In this document: positions 10,151 to 21,674 of the stretch, one piece after another
Numbering within the stretch: the stretch's first letter is position 1
Layout: every line of letters starts with the position of its first letter
Assembly (NCBI GenBank): GCA_900617105.1
Contig: UYFQ01000710.1
Location: 62,001 to 126,000, forward strand
Length of the DNA stretch: 64,000 bases
Direction: 5' to 3'
Origin: Hydrurus foetidus
Taxonomy: Eukaryota
The notes under the pieces: generated by a model
The model's input: the letters and a program-made list of their open reading frames with translations, nothing else
Database searches by the model: none
Told to the model about the DNA's origin: nothing
Position numbers and translations under genes: made by a program

Positions 10151-13100
10151 TCACCAGAAGAATCGCCTCGATGATTTCTTTTCTTTTGACGGATGCTGCT
10201 GCTGACTGTGTTGGTTGTTCTGATTGTGTTGTTGGTAGTATGGGTCCTGGTGCGATAATCCTGAGGGATTACTAAGATGCTGCTGCTGCTGCTGCTGTTG
10301 CTGTGCGTGTGGCCGCCTGACTGGGGAGTTAGTAGCCTGCATCAAAAAAAATGAGTGGAGATTAGATGAGTTGAGATGATGTGAAACGAATCTAATTTAT
10401 TTATCATGCAGTAATTTAGTGTAGAGAAGAATAAACAAGTGCAGCAACTCTAATGCGCGTGTTTGAAGGAGAGATGGATGAGTAAAGGCTGACAGAGGGA
10501 GGGAGAGAGAGGGAGGGAGGGAAGGGAGGGAGGGAGAAAAAGGGAGGGAGGAGAGATAAATGAGAAAGGGAAGGAGGGAGGGAGGAAGGGAGGAGCAAGG
10601 AGGAGGTGATGAAGACAGATAGGGAAGATAATAGGGATGGCACAGCATAGCATATCGTTGCATAGAATACAATAGGATAGAACAGGATGACGTCACCTTC
10701 TGTAACAGGAGGGGAATATCGTGGGTCAGAACGCGGTCCATCTCAGCGACCATGTTTTTGTCCAGTCGCTTGAAGTCTGAAATATCTTTTATCTAATGAG
10801 GCAGGAGAAAAAGAGGCACGATTAATAGTGGTAAGAAAAGGAAAGAAAGTGGAAGAGTAGATAAAATGAGGGAGGAGGGGAGAAGTAGTGAGTAAAGGAT
10901 GAGAAACATACGAAAGGGAAGGGACTAGAGTGTGACGCAGGGAATGAGCGATAAAATGAAATGAAATGTGATTAGATTGTGGTGTATTACGAGAGGAAAC
11001 GAAAAAGAGGTAGAAAGGAGAAGGCAATGCAAAATAGAGAAAGAAAGAGGGTAATAAATGAGAGAATACGAAAGAACACGTGTGAGGAGTGCAGAGGAGG
11101 GGGGAATGGGGCAGCAACAATAAAGTGTGAGATTTAAAGTGTGAGATTTATTCACCTCTCTGAGCATTTTACGATATTGGTCGACATTTGGAAAATCCCC
11201 CAGGGGCAGATTGTACCGTCTGGCACATGCGAGGAATTCCCTTAAGGAATAAAAGAGTTCAAAGAGTGAGAGATCAGAGGAGAGGACATTGATTGGAGGC
11301 CGAATGGGAGGAGGGATGAAGATAGAAGATAGACGTGTTGAGGGGGGAGAGGTTATCTGCACTCGTTGCAGCAAATAATAAATAACAGAAGACAAACGAT
11401 ATCTTGTGACTTCACGGAAGCAGCACGTACACACACATGTACGGAAACATTTCGAGTGACAGTAATGCACACACATAAACACTCAATGACACGCACACGC
11501 ACACACACGCACGAACTCACACACACACACATACACACGAACTCACACACACACACCTGTCGAGTCTGTCCAGTAATTTCTTCTGCTTTTCGGACTTTCC
11601 GATGACGTATGGCATTTGCTTCTTCAAGTAGTGGATGATGTACGCGTGCACCTTCACGAGAAAAGGGGGGAAAAGCGAGAAGGAGAGATAGAGAAAAAGA
11701 GAGAAGGAGAAATAGAGGAAGGAGGTGTTATGAGTTGGTGAGAATCAGCGCATGATGAGTAAGTGTGGGGAGAGGTTACTGCAGAGTAAGGTTAGATCAG
11801 ATCGAGTGGGATCTGGTAGCAGATGATGACAAGACAAGAACCTGGTTAGCACATGAATCAACAAGTCAGTCGGTGAGTCAGTGATAAGATAGAGAAAAGG
11901 AGGTGGGAGCGGTCAGCAGCAAGGACACAGAGTTTTATCATCGTGTCTGACTGCTTGACTTCTTATCTACTTCATCTTTATCTTTATCTTATCTTTTTCT
12001 TTTCTGTCCTCGTGACTCACCTTGACGCTCCTCGCCCTCTTGACTAGTTCGTTGATCCTGCGCACTACTGCGTTCTGAGGAAGTGCCATCATTTCATTCA
12101 AAAGATCCTGCTTCTCCCTCTCGAGCAGCTGCCTGCAAGAAAAGGTAATAAACAAGAAGAAAAGGAAGAGGGAAAATGAGGAGAAGATGTTGGGGAGATG
12201 AAAAGAGGACGAGACTTAAATTGATTGATTAGACTGTCCGATACACAATTTCACCTCATCAGAGTGGATATGACGTCAAGGCCCGACATACATGCACACG
12301 CATTGAGTGAGTGACGTACCTATTGTCCTGCAGTTTCAAAGGGGCTTCCCAGAAACTTCCTAAGAAAACTCTACACACCTGCAATAATGTGAGGTAGAGT
12401 GAGAAAAGGAGAGAGAGAGTAAGTGAGTGAGTGAGTGAGTGAGTGAGGCGGAATGAAACGAAAATTATCAGATCAGAGCAGAGAAAGTAGGAAAAGAGGA
12501 GAGGGATGTGACTTGTGCTCAGCAAAGAGGGGAAAAAGAAATAGTTGCGGGGAACAGAACTACACAGTATGGCATCGCACAGTATCGTATACAATTGTAA
12601 CACATAGTAGTGCAGTGCATCATTGTTGTAGAAAGTAGTGTGGTGCATCACGACAACCGCACTCTGTCGCAGTCACGAAAGCGAAGGCAAATGAAAAACG
12701 TAAAGCAATAGCAGAAATGATAGCAAATGCGGATCACTAACATAACTTTAATTTCAGCACACATATATATACAGTATGTAACAGCATGGTAAAGCGCTGT
12801 GCATTGTTCTCCCATAGTGAAACACATTACATTACGTTACAGTGCAGTGCAGTACAGTACATTACAGTGCAGTGCAGTACATTACAGTGCAGTACAGTAC
12901 AGTACAATACATCACAGTACATTACAGTGCAGTGCAGTACATTACATTACAGTACAGTACAGTGCAGTGCAGTACATTATTGTACAGTACAGTACATTAC
13001 ATTACAGTACGTGACGGTGCAGAGGGATATGCTGTTCTCCCTCACCTCGGGTGTCTGCACTACTTTGCCCAGACTCCACATGAGAGACCCGTAGACCCTC

Positions 13101-15938
13101 AGCAGCGCCTGTGCATCTATTGTGTCCGCTTTGTTCAACAAGACCCTGGGAGAGGAGGGAGGGGGGACGAGGGAGGGGAGAGGAATGAATGTACGAAAGG
13201 AGTAAGGGACGAGGAGAGGGATAATTATTAAAAGGCACGATGGAAGGAAAGAAAGAAGGAACGAAGAAAAGAAACATTAAAGAAGGAGAGAATGATGGGA
13301 GGAGGGAAGGAAGACAGAATGTAGGGTGCAGAGATACCAGTGCTCTTGATTACCTTATTTTATCTTGGTGGGGCTTGAGGACGTCCAGCACAGTCTTCAA
13401 CTCATCGCTGATGTCCAGCTTATGTGCGTCAAACATAACTATTATCATGTCCGCTCTCTCGGCGAACCATTTGATCACCTCTGCACGTACGTACGGAATA
13501 GTCCCAGTCGGGATGTATTGAGGTAGGTGAGATGCGATGTGCTATTGCACAATAAGGACTGTCAATGGTTGCACATAGTACGGACACAAGGCAGTGCAGT
13601 ACGATACAGTACGGTGCAGTGGAGTGCAGTACAGCATAGTGCAGTACAATACAGTGCAAAACAGTATAACACAGTATAGTGCGGTAACAATACAGTACGG
13701 TACGGTACGATACAGTGCAGAGCTGCTCACCCCCGAAGTCGTAGTCTCTTCCGATTCTTTGTTTCTCGCCAGCGAGCACACCCGGTGTGTCCACTATGGT
13801 GATGTTCCGAAGAATGCTCGCAGTGACCTATGACAAAGCAGAACATGAGAGAACGCAATGCAATGTGGGGAAATGAGACACAAAACAATGTAATGCAATA
13901 CAATGAAATAAAACACAATACGGATGCGATGAAATGGAACAGAAAACAACACAACACAAGTCAACATAGTGCAATGAGACACAAGAGGGTAGAGGTCACA
14001 GAAGCGAACAGCGAAGAACATTAGCGCACAGGAAAACTGGTATCGGACGGAGACTACCGAAGCGTCTTATGGAATTAAAGAGACGGATTTCACACGTCAT
14101 GAACGCCTCTAATCTACTGATCTATCATCTAATCTACTGAACTATCATCTAATACGCACCTCTGCTCCTTCAAATTTGGACAGAAAGTTGTTCCCGAAGG
14201 AGGCTAACCCCCTAAAGGGACGGTCCTGCTGCATGACCAAGGCATGTCCGGGTATCTGATGAAGATAAGTGAAATGTAAGAGAGAAGTGGAGAAGAAAAG
14301 ATGAGAAAAGAGAGAAGATTCGATGGAAAAAAAAGGAAAGAGAATATGTGATGAAGAAAAGAAAATACAACGATAAAAGAGAAGAAATTATGATAATCTA
14401 TCATCACGAAGTGGAGTTGACGGGAGCAGAATGAATGGGTTAGTACGAGCAATAGATGGCAAATTAAAAAGAAAATGTGGCACTTTAAGAACTGACTCTA
14501 TCAGTAAAAGGACTAATTGACGTTAGATACCAAATAGGTGGTATTACGGGAGCAGAATAAAATGGTTCCTGTTTAGTATGGGGGCTCCATAATAACAGGA
14601 ACCATTTTGTTCTGCTCCCGTAATAGATTTGAGGCACTTTACGTGGGATATTCAGTCAAGGAGAGATCACTTAGTGTCGTGAGAGAGTAGAGCGGACTAA
14701 ATAAAGGCGTAGAAAGCAGAACAAAGATGTGCACAGACCTGTCTGCCTCCTTCGTTTCCCTCAGTGGAGTGCATGATGGCTGTAAACCGGTCTGTGGTAG
14801 GCTCAGGTCCGATGCGCTGCCCTGGAAAATCTTGTCTGCAAATACAAAGTACAGAATACAGCATACGAAAGGTAATATGCAATGAGAAGGTTGGTGTGTT
14901 ATTGATGTAATATGATGTGATGTGGTGTTGCCAAGGGAGGAGTGAGAGATATCATGGTCAAGTGGATCTGCAATGGTGGTGCTTCACACACTTTCTCTCC
15001 AGCTGACAAACAGACGGACAGACAGACTTACTGACTACTCCCTCTATGACACGTACATCGTCACTAAGACTCACTTACTCACACACAGATTTCGTGAACA
15101 CCACAACTCACTGGCTCATTCACCTATACAACCACGTCCTAAGCGGAGCATAATCACTCACTTGCTCACTTTTATACTCATACACACAGACTCTCACAGA
15201 CTTGATCACACGCACTAACTCTCACAGACTGGATCACACGCACTTTTCCCACAGACTGGATCACACGCACTTACTCACACAAGCATTGAGTAACACACAC
15301 GCACACTCACTTGACGAGGGATCTGATGAAGGACGTCTTGCCCACTGAGTACTGGCCAAGTATGAGCACCATGGGCTTCGCTTCGAAGTCAGAAGGCCCG
15401 AGAGGAGGAGACCCGAAGTGCGAGTACTTCGACGCTATCTCTAGGGGGAGCACCTGATGGGAAGGAGAGGGGGGGAAGGGGAGAGAGAGAGAGATGGGAG
15501 GGGGTAGAGGAGAGAGAGAGGAAAGGAGGGGATGAGAGGAGACGAGAAAGAAGTGCGTGAGGAGAGGGGGAGTAGCAGTGCCAGCTGTGACTCCATCTCA
15601 TTGCTGACATCCATTGTCATCATATTACAATAGCGCGTCAGTGCTGATTGTGTTCAGTTCTCTTCTGCTCCACTCGAATGCAACACCATCTGTACCACTT
15701 CCTCCCAAACAGGAACATAAAAATGAACACGGAAATGAAGAACCAATCCTTACCTTTTTCTTGTACAATTTCTTCAAGCCATCGAATATAAGATCTTTAT
15801 CAAGTTGAGACAGGTCCGATCCAAAGAGTACTTGGGACGCAGACGATTGAGGGGGAGCACCTTGACCATGAACTTGGCTGGGACTGGCCGGAAGTACCGT
15901 ATGGGACCCAGGACCGTCCTCTAGGGATGCGGCTATAT
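10151..15938 (-). CDS. EHD/RME-1/sarcalumenin family dynamin-like ATPase, multi-exon, no C-terminal EH domain seen
   Basis: Exons encode [27 protein letters not shown] (P-loop), [67 protein letters not shown] and [15 protein letters not shown]-rich last exon ends at the stop at 10151. The 5' end lies upstream of the acceptor at 15938. Confidence 0.9.
14542..14625. repeat. 84-bp intronic hairpin (mini-MITE-like)
   Basis: TATTACGGGAGCAGAATAAAATGGTTCCTGTT is almost exactly inverted as AACAGGAACCATTTTGTTCTGCTCCCGTAATA. TA at both ends. Confidence 0.7.
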
Positions 15939-16017
15939 CTACAGCTGTGGGATATAGGGTGCGGGGAGGGGAGAGGGGTAAGGGTAGGGAAATTAGAAAG
16001 TTGAATGAGGGGTAGTA

Positions 16018-16379
16018 CCGTCGAGTGCCCTTTGTTTGTCCTCAAATGTGGTATTAGGATTTATCGGAAATACACTGAAAATCACGGAAAACTTTCTCCC
16101 CGTTTTCATGTGGGAAATTTTGACCTCTCTCAAAATCACTGTTTTCGCTCCAAAATGGGCGATTTTGAACTCGAATAGCTGCTGAGCCAAAGATCAGTTG
16201 CAAGATCTATCAAGATCATAATGTCTCACGTATCCCAAAGTTGACGATTCTCAAAGAAAGTTGAGTTGCGCTTCACTGCTACTCTTGAAACGTGCAAAAA
16301 TGATCATATTTTGGCTGATATCGAAGGAAATAAAAAACCGTAATACCACATTTGAGGACAAACAAAGGGCACTCGACGG
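16018..16379. mobile_element. Tc1/mariner-type MITE, 362 bp, 39-bp perfect TIRs, TA TSD
   Basis: TA|CCGTCGAGTGCCCTTTGTTTGTCCTCAAATGTGGTATTA ... TAATACCACATTTGAGGACAAACAAAGGGCACTCGACGG|TA, with a non-coding interior. Confidence 0.85.
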
Positions 16380-17044
16380 TATATGGAAGGAGATAAAGGG
16401 TGGTGTAAGCTACGGTGAATGAGGGGTATTTGCAGTGAGGGAGTGGAGGAGAGAGAAAGAGGCGGATGTGAAGGTAAAGGAAGAGGTGGACTGATGGAGT
16501 TAGTAAGGTAGTGAGAGGGAGATACGGAGGGTAATGGAGGGGCATAACAAGAGCGGCACTGTTGATACCGCTGTACCATCTACAAACTTCATTACTATGG
16601 ACACATGAATATCCACTGACATAAACACTCACACTCCATCTCTTACGCACGGACACACTTAGATCCACACATTCAGTACACTCGCACACATGCACACACA
16701 CACACGCACTTACACACACACACACTTACACACACACGCACTTACATCCATACACTCAGTCACTCACTAAAACTTGCAAGCACTGTTTCTCTTTCAAACA
16801 CACACAAATGCATTCTATGAAGACATAGACATGTTCAACGATGTTTTGTGTTGACATGTCATATCGAGTCATGTCATGTTATGTCATTCAGTGCAAATCA
16901 TGCTGATCGTATCTATTGCATAGCCAAGAGGAGAGTAAGTAAGTGTACGTTTCTTCATGAATTCGACTAATTAAAGCTAGCCTACGGGTCATGTTAGCAT
17001 GACTGAAATTGAGTTGTGCTTAATCTCGACAGAATGAACCAGAT

Positions 17045-17252
17045 AGACAGGAGAAAAGAAGGAACGGTAGCAGTAACAAAGACAGGAGAAAAGAAGGAAC
17101 GGTAGCAGTAACAAAGACAGGAGAAAAGAAGGAACGGTAGCAGTAACAAAGACAGGAGAAAAGAAGGAACGGTAGCAGTAACAAAGACAGGAGAAAAGAA
17201 GGAACGGTAGCAGTAACAAAGACAGGAGAAAAGAAGGAACGGTAGCAGTAAC
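17045..17252. repeat. 35-bp minisatellite, ~6 copies
   Basis: AGACAGGAGAAAAGAAGGAACGGTAGCAGTAACAA repeated in tandem with no spacers. Confidence 0.95.
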
Positions 17253-17705
17253 GAAGTTAGATAAGATGGCGTAATAGGAAACGAGGAAGAGAAAAAAAGA
17301 AGGTGAAATAGACAATCACCTTGACAGACAGAGAGGTAGAAATATTTATAAGATAAGTATTACATAAAATAGATGATAGATAGATCGAAAGATAAATCAC
17401 AGGGTCACGAACTTGAACCTCCAAACTAAAAAGCGAAAAAGAATAAATGCAATACAACAACAAAGGCACAAGGACGTACACACAAAGAGGTCCTCAAAGA
17501 GACAGACATGCAGACAGACAGACATGCAGACAGACATTCAGATAGACAGATGGATAGACATGCAGACAGACAGACACACTGACATACAGACATATGGATA
17601 GACAGACACACTGGCAGACAGACAGATAGACAGACACACAGACAGACAGACAGACACACTGACATACAGACAGACAGACGGATAGACAGACGGATAGACA
17701 AACAG

Positions 17706-18897
17706 CTACCAGTCAGAAATCTTCACATTCGAACCTCTCAGAATGCTATCCCCCGCCACTGCCCTGTCGAGTCCCATGAACAAGTCATCGTCAGCATCTT
17801 CAATCTCTGGACCGTACTTCTCATCAGAGTCGTCCCCAGGGGGATTGACTTCATAGGGGTCAGTATTCTGTAAGTTAACCGGAGTTTGAACGGGTTGGTA
17901 GGGGTTCTTTGAAGGATCTACAGTCCCTCCCACTGTTCCGGTGTTAGAGGGGGTACCGGGGTATTTCCGATCAGTCCGTTCATTACTCCCAGAACTTGGA
18001 CCCTCTATAACCGGAGCTGTTTGATGGTTAGGATACGGAGTGTGCCCGTTTAAATATGGCTGCTGCTGCGGTTGATGTTGTTGTTGATACTGTTGGTGTT
18101 GTTGATACTGCTGTTGTTGGTGTTGTTGCTGACCATTATGATACTGATTGGCCTGATGTTGTTGTTGCTGTTGTTGTTGCTGCTGCTGTTGTGATTGTTG
18201 TTGTTGTGATTGTTGCTGATAGTTATGTTGTTGTTGTTTTTGCTGATCCACTCTGTTGTAGTACGGATCATTGCGGCCATCACTAACATAGGGATACTGA
18301 CCACCACCGCCACTGCTTCTTCCACCTGAGGCGCTATTACCCTGGTGGCAAAAAGAATAGAGTGCATTTGATTAATCAATCACCATCTCAGTGCGGACAT
18401 CATATTCAGGAGTAATATAACAGCTACTATCACAATTAGTAGCGAACATTTCTTTAGTTTGAGAGGGAATTTCGTCCCCAACATGATATCATGCGAGCAA
18501 GCATCAATTGGCTCGTTGTCGGTCTCATCTTCTTCTCTCCTATTGATTTCATATAACGTAACTTCATAGCATCTAGAAGAGGTCGATTCAACACACAACA
18601 GCTTCCCATCCATCTCAGAGTGATTAGCTCAACTTAAAGATCTAACAACAGCTGGACAGATACTGGAAACAATTCTCGTCGATTCTACTTTCGTTACCAC
18701 CATAGATACTTTCACTTCACATTCCAATTGAATGAAAGTCATCGATGTCTCATCAAGGCACAAACACAGTACTGGCTGATGAGCCTGTGTTCGTTCAAAA
18801 CTCGAGAAAGATGAATAGCAGTGTTCACCTGATTAGGATTGTTGCTGTGGCATGACAAGACTAGAAGCCATAGACAAAGGATGAAGAGTTCTCTCAT
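17706..18897 (-). CDS. Signal-peptide-like exon plus Gln-rich exon; either a separate gene or the 5' part of the EHD-like gene
   Basis: Exon 18897-18829 (MRELFILCLWLLVLSCHSNNPNQ, GT donor, phase 0) joins an AG acceptor at 18341 in frame to GNSASGGRSSGGGGQYPY...VDQQKQQQ...DSILRGSNVKISDW. Confidence 0.55.
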
Positions 18898-20124
18898 AAA
18901 TTTGCCAGTCTGTTCATAGAGCGAGACGTCTGTAAAAAAAGCCAACCATATATTTACCCCTGTTCAACTGGGACACAGAGACTTGAAGGAAACTGAGATG
19001 ACATTGGTTCTCCATGAGTTCCAGCGTCTGAGTTCTATATCGTTGATGGCAGTATCTATTGTAAGGTGAGGTTGGGTTGTGGGTTGGGATAAATGACAAT
19101 TGTTTGAAACTTGTACGTGCATACGTTACGTAATTCAAATCTCCTTCGTGTGAAGTGTGAACCATCTGTAGAGAGCTGAGTAGTCAGTCCCAGAAGTAGC
19201 GTCCAACTGAGGGACGAATTTACGTGCTGCTGAATTGAAAGCATGACGCAGTGGAAAGGTCCAAGAGACGTGGACAAAGAAAAAGGCTTAAACTCTTTCC
19301 GACTTATGAATGATGCCAACACAACCCGGAAGAGATGTCCGCTCTTCTTGTGACCCCTGTGGAGTAACCTACCGAAGGAGTCAATCTATTTCCACTTTCT
19401 TGAATCGTTTGGAGTCCTGCATCTTGAAATTGAGTGAGTCATGTGCAGATGCGGATCGGATCGGATAAGATTGTGTGTGCCCAATCGAGTCAGTCGCTGC
19501 TGTGCTCTGAAGTGCACCTTCACCACCACAAAGTGAGTGTTCTTAACAGATCATGATATGTTGCACTTATTACAGAATAACCAAAGTGTATTAGTTGTCG
19601 AGTTGAGTTTGAAGTCAAAAAGGCACGGAAAGACAAAAGAAGAGAAGAGAAGAGAAGGGAGGGGAGGGGAGGGGAGTATTCATCTGTCAGAGGAGAGAAA
19701 AAAATGCAACGGTTAGATAAGCAAAGACATGATAAGAAAGATAACCAAGACAGGAGTAATCTAGCCAAGACTGAAAAAGTTAATGTCCTATGCCCTAGTG
19801 TCCAGCTTTGTGATCCGGCCCTTGAAGAAGCAGAACAGAATAGAATAGAACGACATACATCATTGGATAACACTGTACAATGTACGTATGCGCGAAAAAT
19901 CCTACGAACTCTTCAGAAATTCTTCCTAATGCTTTGGCTGACTCGAATAAAACCTCCTCTCCTCTCCCCGACCCTTTTATCCTCTTTGGGTGTGCTATCG
20001 TGATTAATATGGTTCGTCGGAACGAGACCAGATGATACCACATAGCACAGAGAATTATGCCAGATCCTGCACCGTCGGAACAGATCAGATCAGATCAGAT
20101 CAGAGTAGAGCAGATTGCTCTGAA

Positions 20125-21674
20125 CTAAATCTCCACCAGCTTTTCTTTCAGTGTGTCCCTTACCTGCACAGTTAAGAAATGCATTGTTAGCATGGCATGA
20201 GGAGAGGTGATCAGAATAGAGAAACAGGAGGAAAGGGACAGGGCACACGCACGTTGGTTCAATTCAGCATAATGATGACATGGACTTGACATTGATAGAT
20301 TTCACTTATTTGCATCTTTTAGCTGTATAATTTACTAACATTTGTGAGGTACTTGAGCTTGACTGCTGCTTTGCCCACATTTACGAAGTCTCCTTCCTCC
20401 ACATGCCCTAGAGTGGAGAGGAGTAGAATAGTGTGGAGTAGAGTGAGGTAGTGTATAGTGGAGAGAGATGAGTTCAGTCGAGTAGAGTAGATGTCAATTG
20501 TGTGGTAATCATCAGAGGATGAGAGCGCAATGTTGGAAGCAGCACAGCAAAGTGCCATTGAACGCATTCTTCAGACAGTCAGTCAGTAAGCCAGTCAGTC
20601 AATCAGTATGGCAGTCTGTCTACATGTCAGTACTCGTGTCAACTCTTTAAACCTATCAACATCTATCGCAGCAATGTACCACCATCTAGCAGCGGTTTGA
20701 CTACTCACCCTGTATTAATGCACTGAGCACGATGATATCATGATCCACCTCACATGTCATCTTCGCAACGGCAACTTGATCTTCCGACTCGAGTTCGTCA
20801 GCAGTCTCGGCCAACTCAAACATTTCTTTCTGGATGTCGTAAATGCCATGATGGTTACACTAGATGTCGAAGTCATTCAGTTCCTTCGAAGTGCATTCTA
20901 TGCTCTCACCATAAGCACAGGGTCTGAAAAGCTTTTGCCCTCTTTCAAGATGTCGTGACCATGGCATGTAAGCTGAGATTGAAGTACACGAGGTGATGTC
21001 GTTGATATTGCTACTTTTAGATATTAGAGGGGACCGATGTGGAATTGTAAGCATTACTTGAGTTGTAGGATAGTCAAGAATTCGCCGAATACTTACCAGA
21101 TATGTCACTCTATCCACAGGGGACTTCAGCAACTAGAATGATGAGGAGACATGCGACTTGTGAGAAAAAATAGCTCATCTTGCATCATAAAGTGATATCA
21201 TAAAATGTATAGCAGTCGGAGAGAAGAAATCAACAAGCTGTACGGAGACTTTGATTTGATTGTGCGTCAGACCTGGTAGGCTTGATTAACGACGGAACTG
21301 TTGTGGTTTGACCTTTCTATCTCTGGATTCGATTTCGTAGCGAATTTGTCGGGATGCAACAGCCGCTGGAGATTCTTGAACCTTGTTTCTAAAAGTGAGT
21401 CATCGAGGTCAAATCTCTCCTCAAAGCCGAACAGACGAAAGAAGTTGCAGCCATCTTGATCCAGTTCTTGGATGACGCCACATTCGGTCGACTCGCAGAA
21501 GAGAGAAGAGTCATGGTGCAATACTGATCCACATTTCCAACAGTCGCGCGATTTGATGAATTGAGGCGTACAGTTCTGTGCACTTTTTGATGAGCAATTC
21601 GCTATGAGCTGTCGTGGACTCCAGTGATGGACGCATATGTTTCTCAATCCTCTTCTTGATGCCGATGCAATCAT
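20125..21674 (-). CDS. HSCB: Mitochondrial Fe-S cluster co-chaperone HscB/Hsc20 (J-domain), multi-exon
   Basis: Transit-peptide-like N-terminus, CWKC...C...C zinc motif, FRLFG...FDLD...LQRLLHPDKF J-domain, VNQAYQ|LLKSPVDR and C-terminal KLKYL. Confidence 0.9.

Noticed and set aside
12786..14024. Cys/Tyr/Ser/Thr/Val-rich short ORFs
   Set aside because: They are translations of CAGTA/CAGTG pentamer repeats in introns of the EHD-like gene.
17045..17252. 35-bp repeats resembling a CRISPR array
   Set aside because: The units are contiguous with no unique spacers, there are no cas genes, and the context is eukaryotic. It is a minisatellite.
18380..19322. Several short minus-strand ORFs around the signal-peptide exon
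   Set aside because: No recognisable domain, and I could not build a consistent spliced model from them.
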